64,000 bases of DNA from the NCBI GenBank assembly GCA_964016885.1, contig OZ024745.1, positions 80,910,001 to 80,974,000 of the forward strand, read 5' to 3'. The notes under the pieces were generated by a model. That model searched no databases. It saw only the letters and a program-made list of their open reading frames with translations, and had not been told where the DNA came from. How positions within the stretch are numbered: the first letter of the stretch is position 1; the number at the start of each line of letters is the position of its first letter. Origin of the DNA: Eledone cirrhosa. Lineage: Eukaryota. Positions 62,101-64,000 of this stretch are shown here, in pieces. The position numbers and the translations under genes are program-made.

Positions 62101-64000
62101 TACTTACCTTAGACATTGTAATCAGGCTTTACTTACCTTAGACATTGTAATCAGGCTTTACTTACCTTAGACATTGTAAATCAGGCTTTACTTACCTTAG
62201 TCATTGTAAATCAGGCTCTACTTACCTTAGTCATTGTAAATCAAGATTTACTTACCTTAGACATTGTAATCAGGCTTTACTTACCTTAGACATTGTAATC
62301 AGGCTTTACTTACCTTAGACATTGTAAATCAGGCTTTACTTACCTTAGTCATTGTAAATCAGGCTCTACTTACCTTAGACATTGTAAATCAGGCTTTACT
62401 TACCTTAGACATTGTAATCAGGCTTTACTTACCTTAGACATTGTAATCAGGCTTTACTTACCTTAGACATTGTAAATCAGGCTTTACTTACCTTAGACAT
62501 TGTAAATCAGGCTTTACTTACCTTAGTCATTGTAAATCAGGCTCTACTTACCTTAGACATTGTAAATCAAGCTTTACTTACCTTAGTCATTGTCATTCAA
62601 GCTCTACTTACCTTAGTCATTGTAAATCAAGCTTTAGTTACCTTAGTCATTGTAAATCAAGCTTTACTTACCTTAGTCATTGTAAATCAAGCTCTACTTA
62701 CCTTAGCCATTGTAAATCAAGCTTTAGTTACCTTAGACATTGTAAATCAAGATTTACTTACCTTAGTCATTGTAAATCAAGCTTTACTTACCTTAGACAT
62801 TGTAAATCAAGATTTACTTACCTTAGTCATTGTAAATCAGGCTCTACTTACCTTAGTCATTGTAAATCAAGATTTACTTACCTTAGACATTGTAATCAGG
62901 CTTTACTTACCTTAGACATTGTAATCAGGCTTTACTTACCTTAGACATTGTAAATCAGGCTTTACTTACCTTAGTCATTGTAAATCAGGCTTTACGTACC
63001 TTAGTCATTGTAAATCAGGCTCTACTTACCTTAGTCATTGTAAATCAAGATTTACTTACCTTAGACATTGTAATCAGGCTTTACTTACCTTAGACATTGT
63101 AATCAGGCTTTACTTACCTTAGACATTGTAATCAGGCTTTACTTACCTTAGACATTGTAAATCAGGCTTTACTTACCTTAGTCATTGTAAATCAGGCTCT
63201 ACTTACCTTAGTCATTGTAAATCAAGATTTACTTACCTTAGACATTGTAATCAGGCTTTACTTACCTTAGACATTGTAATCAGGCTTTACTTACCTTAGA
63301 CATTGTAAATCAGGCTTTACTTACCTTAGTCATTGTAAATCAGGCTCTACTTACCTTAGACATTGTAAATCAGGCTTTACTTACCTTAGACATTGTAATC
63401 AGGCTTTACTTACCTTAGACATTGTAATCAGGCTTTACTTACCTTAGACATTGTAATCAGGCTTTACTTACCTTAGACATTGTAATCAGGCTTTACTTAC
63501 CTTAGACATTGTAAATCAGGCTTTACTTACCTTAGTCATTGTAAATCAGGCTCTACTTACCTTAGACATTGTAAATCAAGCTTTACTTACCTTAGTCATT
63601 GTAAATCAAGCTCTACTTACCTTAGTCATTGTAAATCAAGCTTTAGTTACCTTAGTCATTGTAAATCAAGCTTTACTTACCTTAGTCATTGTAAATCAAG
63701 CTCTACTTACCTTAGCCATTGTAAATCAAGCTTTAGTTACCTTAGACATTGTAAATCAAGATTTACTTACCTTAGTCATTGTAAATCAAGCTTTACTTAC
63801 CTTAGACATTGTAAATCAAGATTTACTTACCTTAGTCATTGTAAATCAAGCTTTACTTACCTTAGACATTGTAAATCAAGCTTTACTTACCTTAGACATT
63901 GTAAATCAAGCTTTACTTACCTTAGTCATTGTAAATCAAGCTCTACTTACCTTAGTCATTGTAAATCAAGCTTTAGTTACCTTAGTCATTGTAAATCAAG
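50156..64000. repeat. 30-bp satellite array, right block (about 460 units, runs off the window)
   Basis: Same unit and variant set as the left block. Confidence 0.98.

Noticed and set aside
26175-64000. CRISPR-like array of 30-bp repeats
   Set aside because: Units are head-to-tail with no unique spacers, there are no cas genes, and the context is a eukaryotic intron.
26175-64000. Cluster of U1 snRNA genes or a telomeric repeat
   Set aside because: Only a 9-nt match to U1, with no stem-loops or Sm site. No tandem TTAGGG- or TTAGG-type units.

Overview
Eukaryotic, AT-rich, repeat-dense animal DNA. The SINE and LINE sequences look cephalopod/octopod-like, which is an inference. The only host gene is an OSTM1 (osteopetrosis-associated transmembrane protein 1) orthologue on the + strand. 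Five coding exons with canonical splice sites (21497-26065) join in frame into 287 codons; the last exon lies beyond the window. Intron 5 is filled from about 26175 to the window end by a 30-bp satellite (about 1,100 units) with higher-order structure. Its near-invariant core TACTTACCT equals U1 snRNA nt 2-10 on the sense strand and reads as a consensus splice donor (AAG|GTAAGT) on the antisense strand. An intact RTE-type LINE (APE-RT-zinc finger) sits inside the satellite with no visible target-site duplication. It has two 539-bp 5' monomers and a 3'UTR segment complementary to the region around a candidate start codon. Upstream of OSTM1 lie a minimal hammerhead ribozyme motif, an internally deleted Helitron, decayed RTE and CR1 LINEs, tRNA-derived SINEs, and a CRE-like retroelement pair with a nested Gypsy element (5-bp TSD). 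There is also a long palindrome and a small hairpin built from OSTM1 exon-1 sequence. All calls were made by eye, with no searches run.
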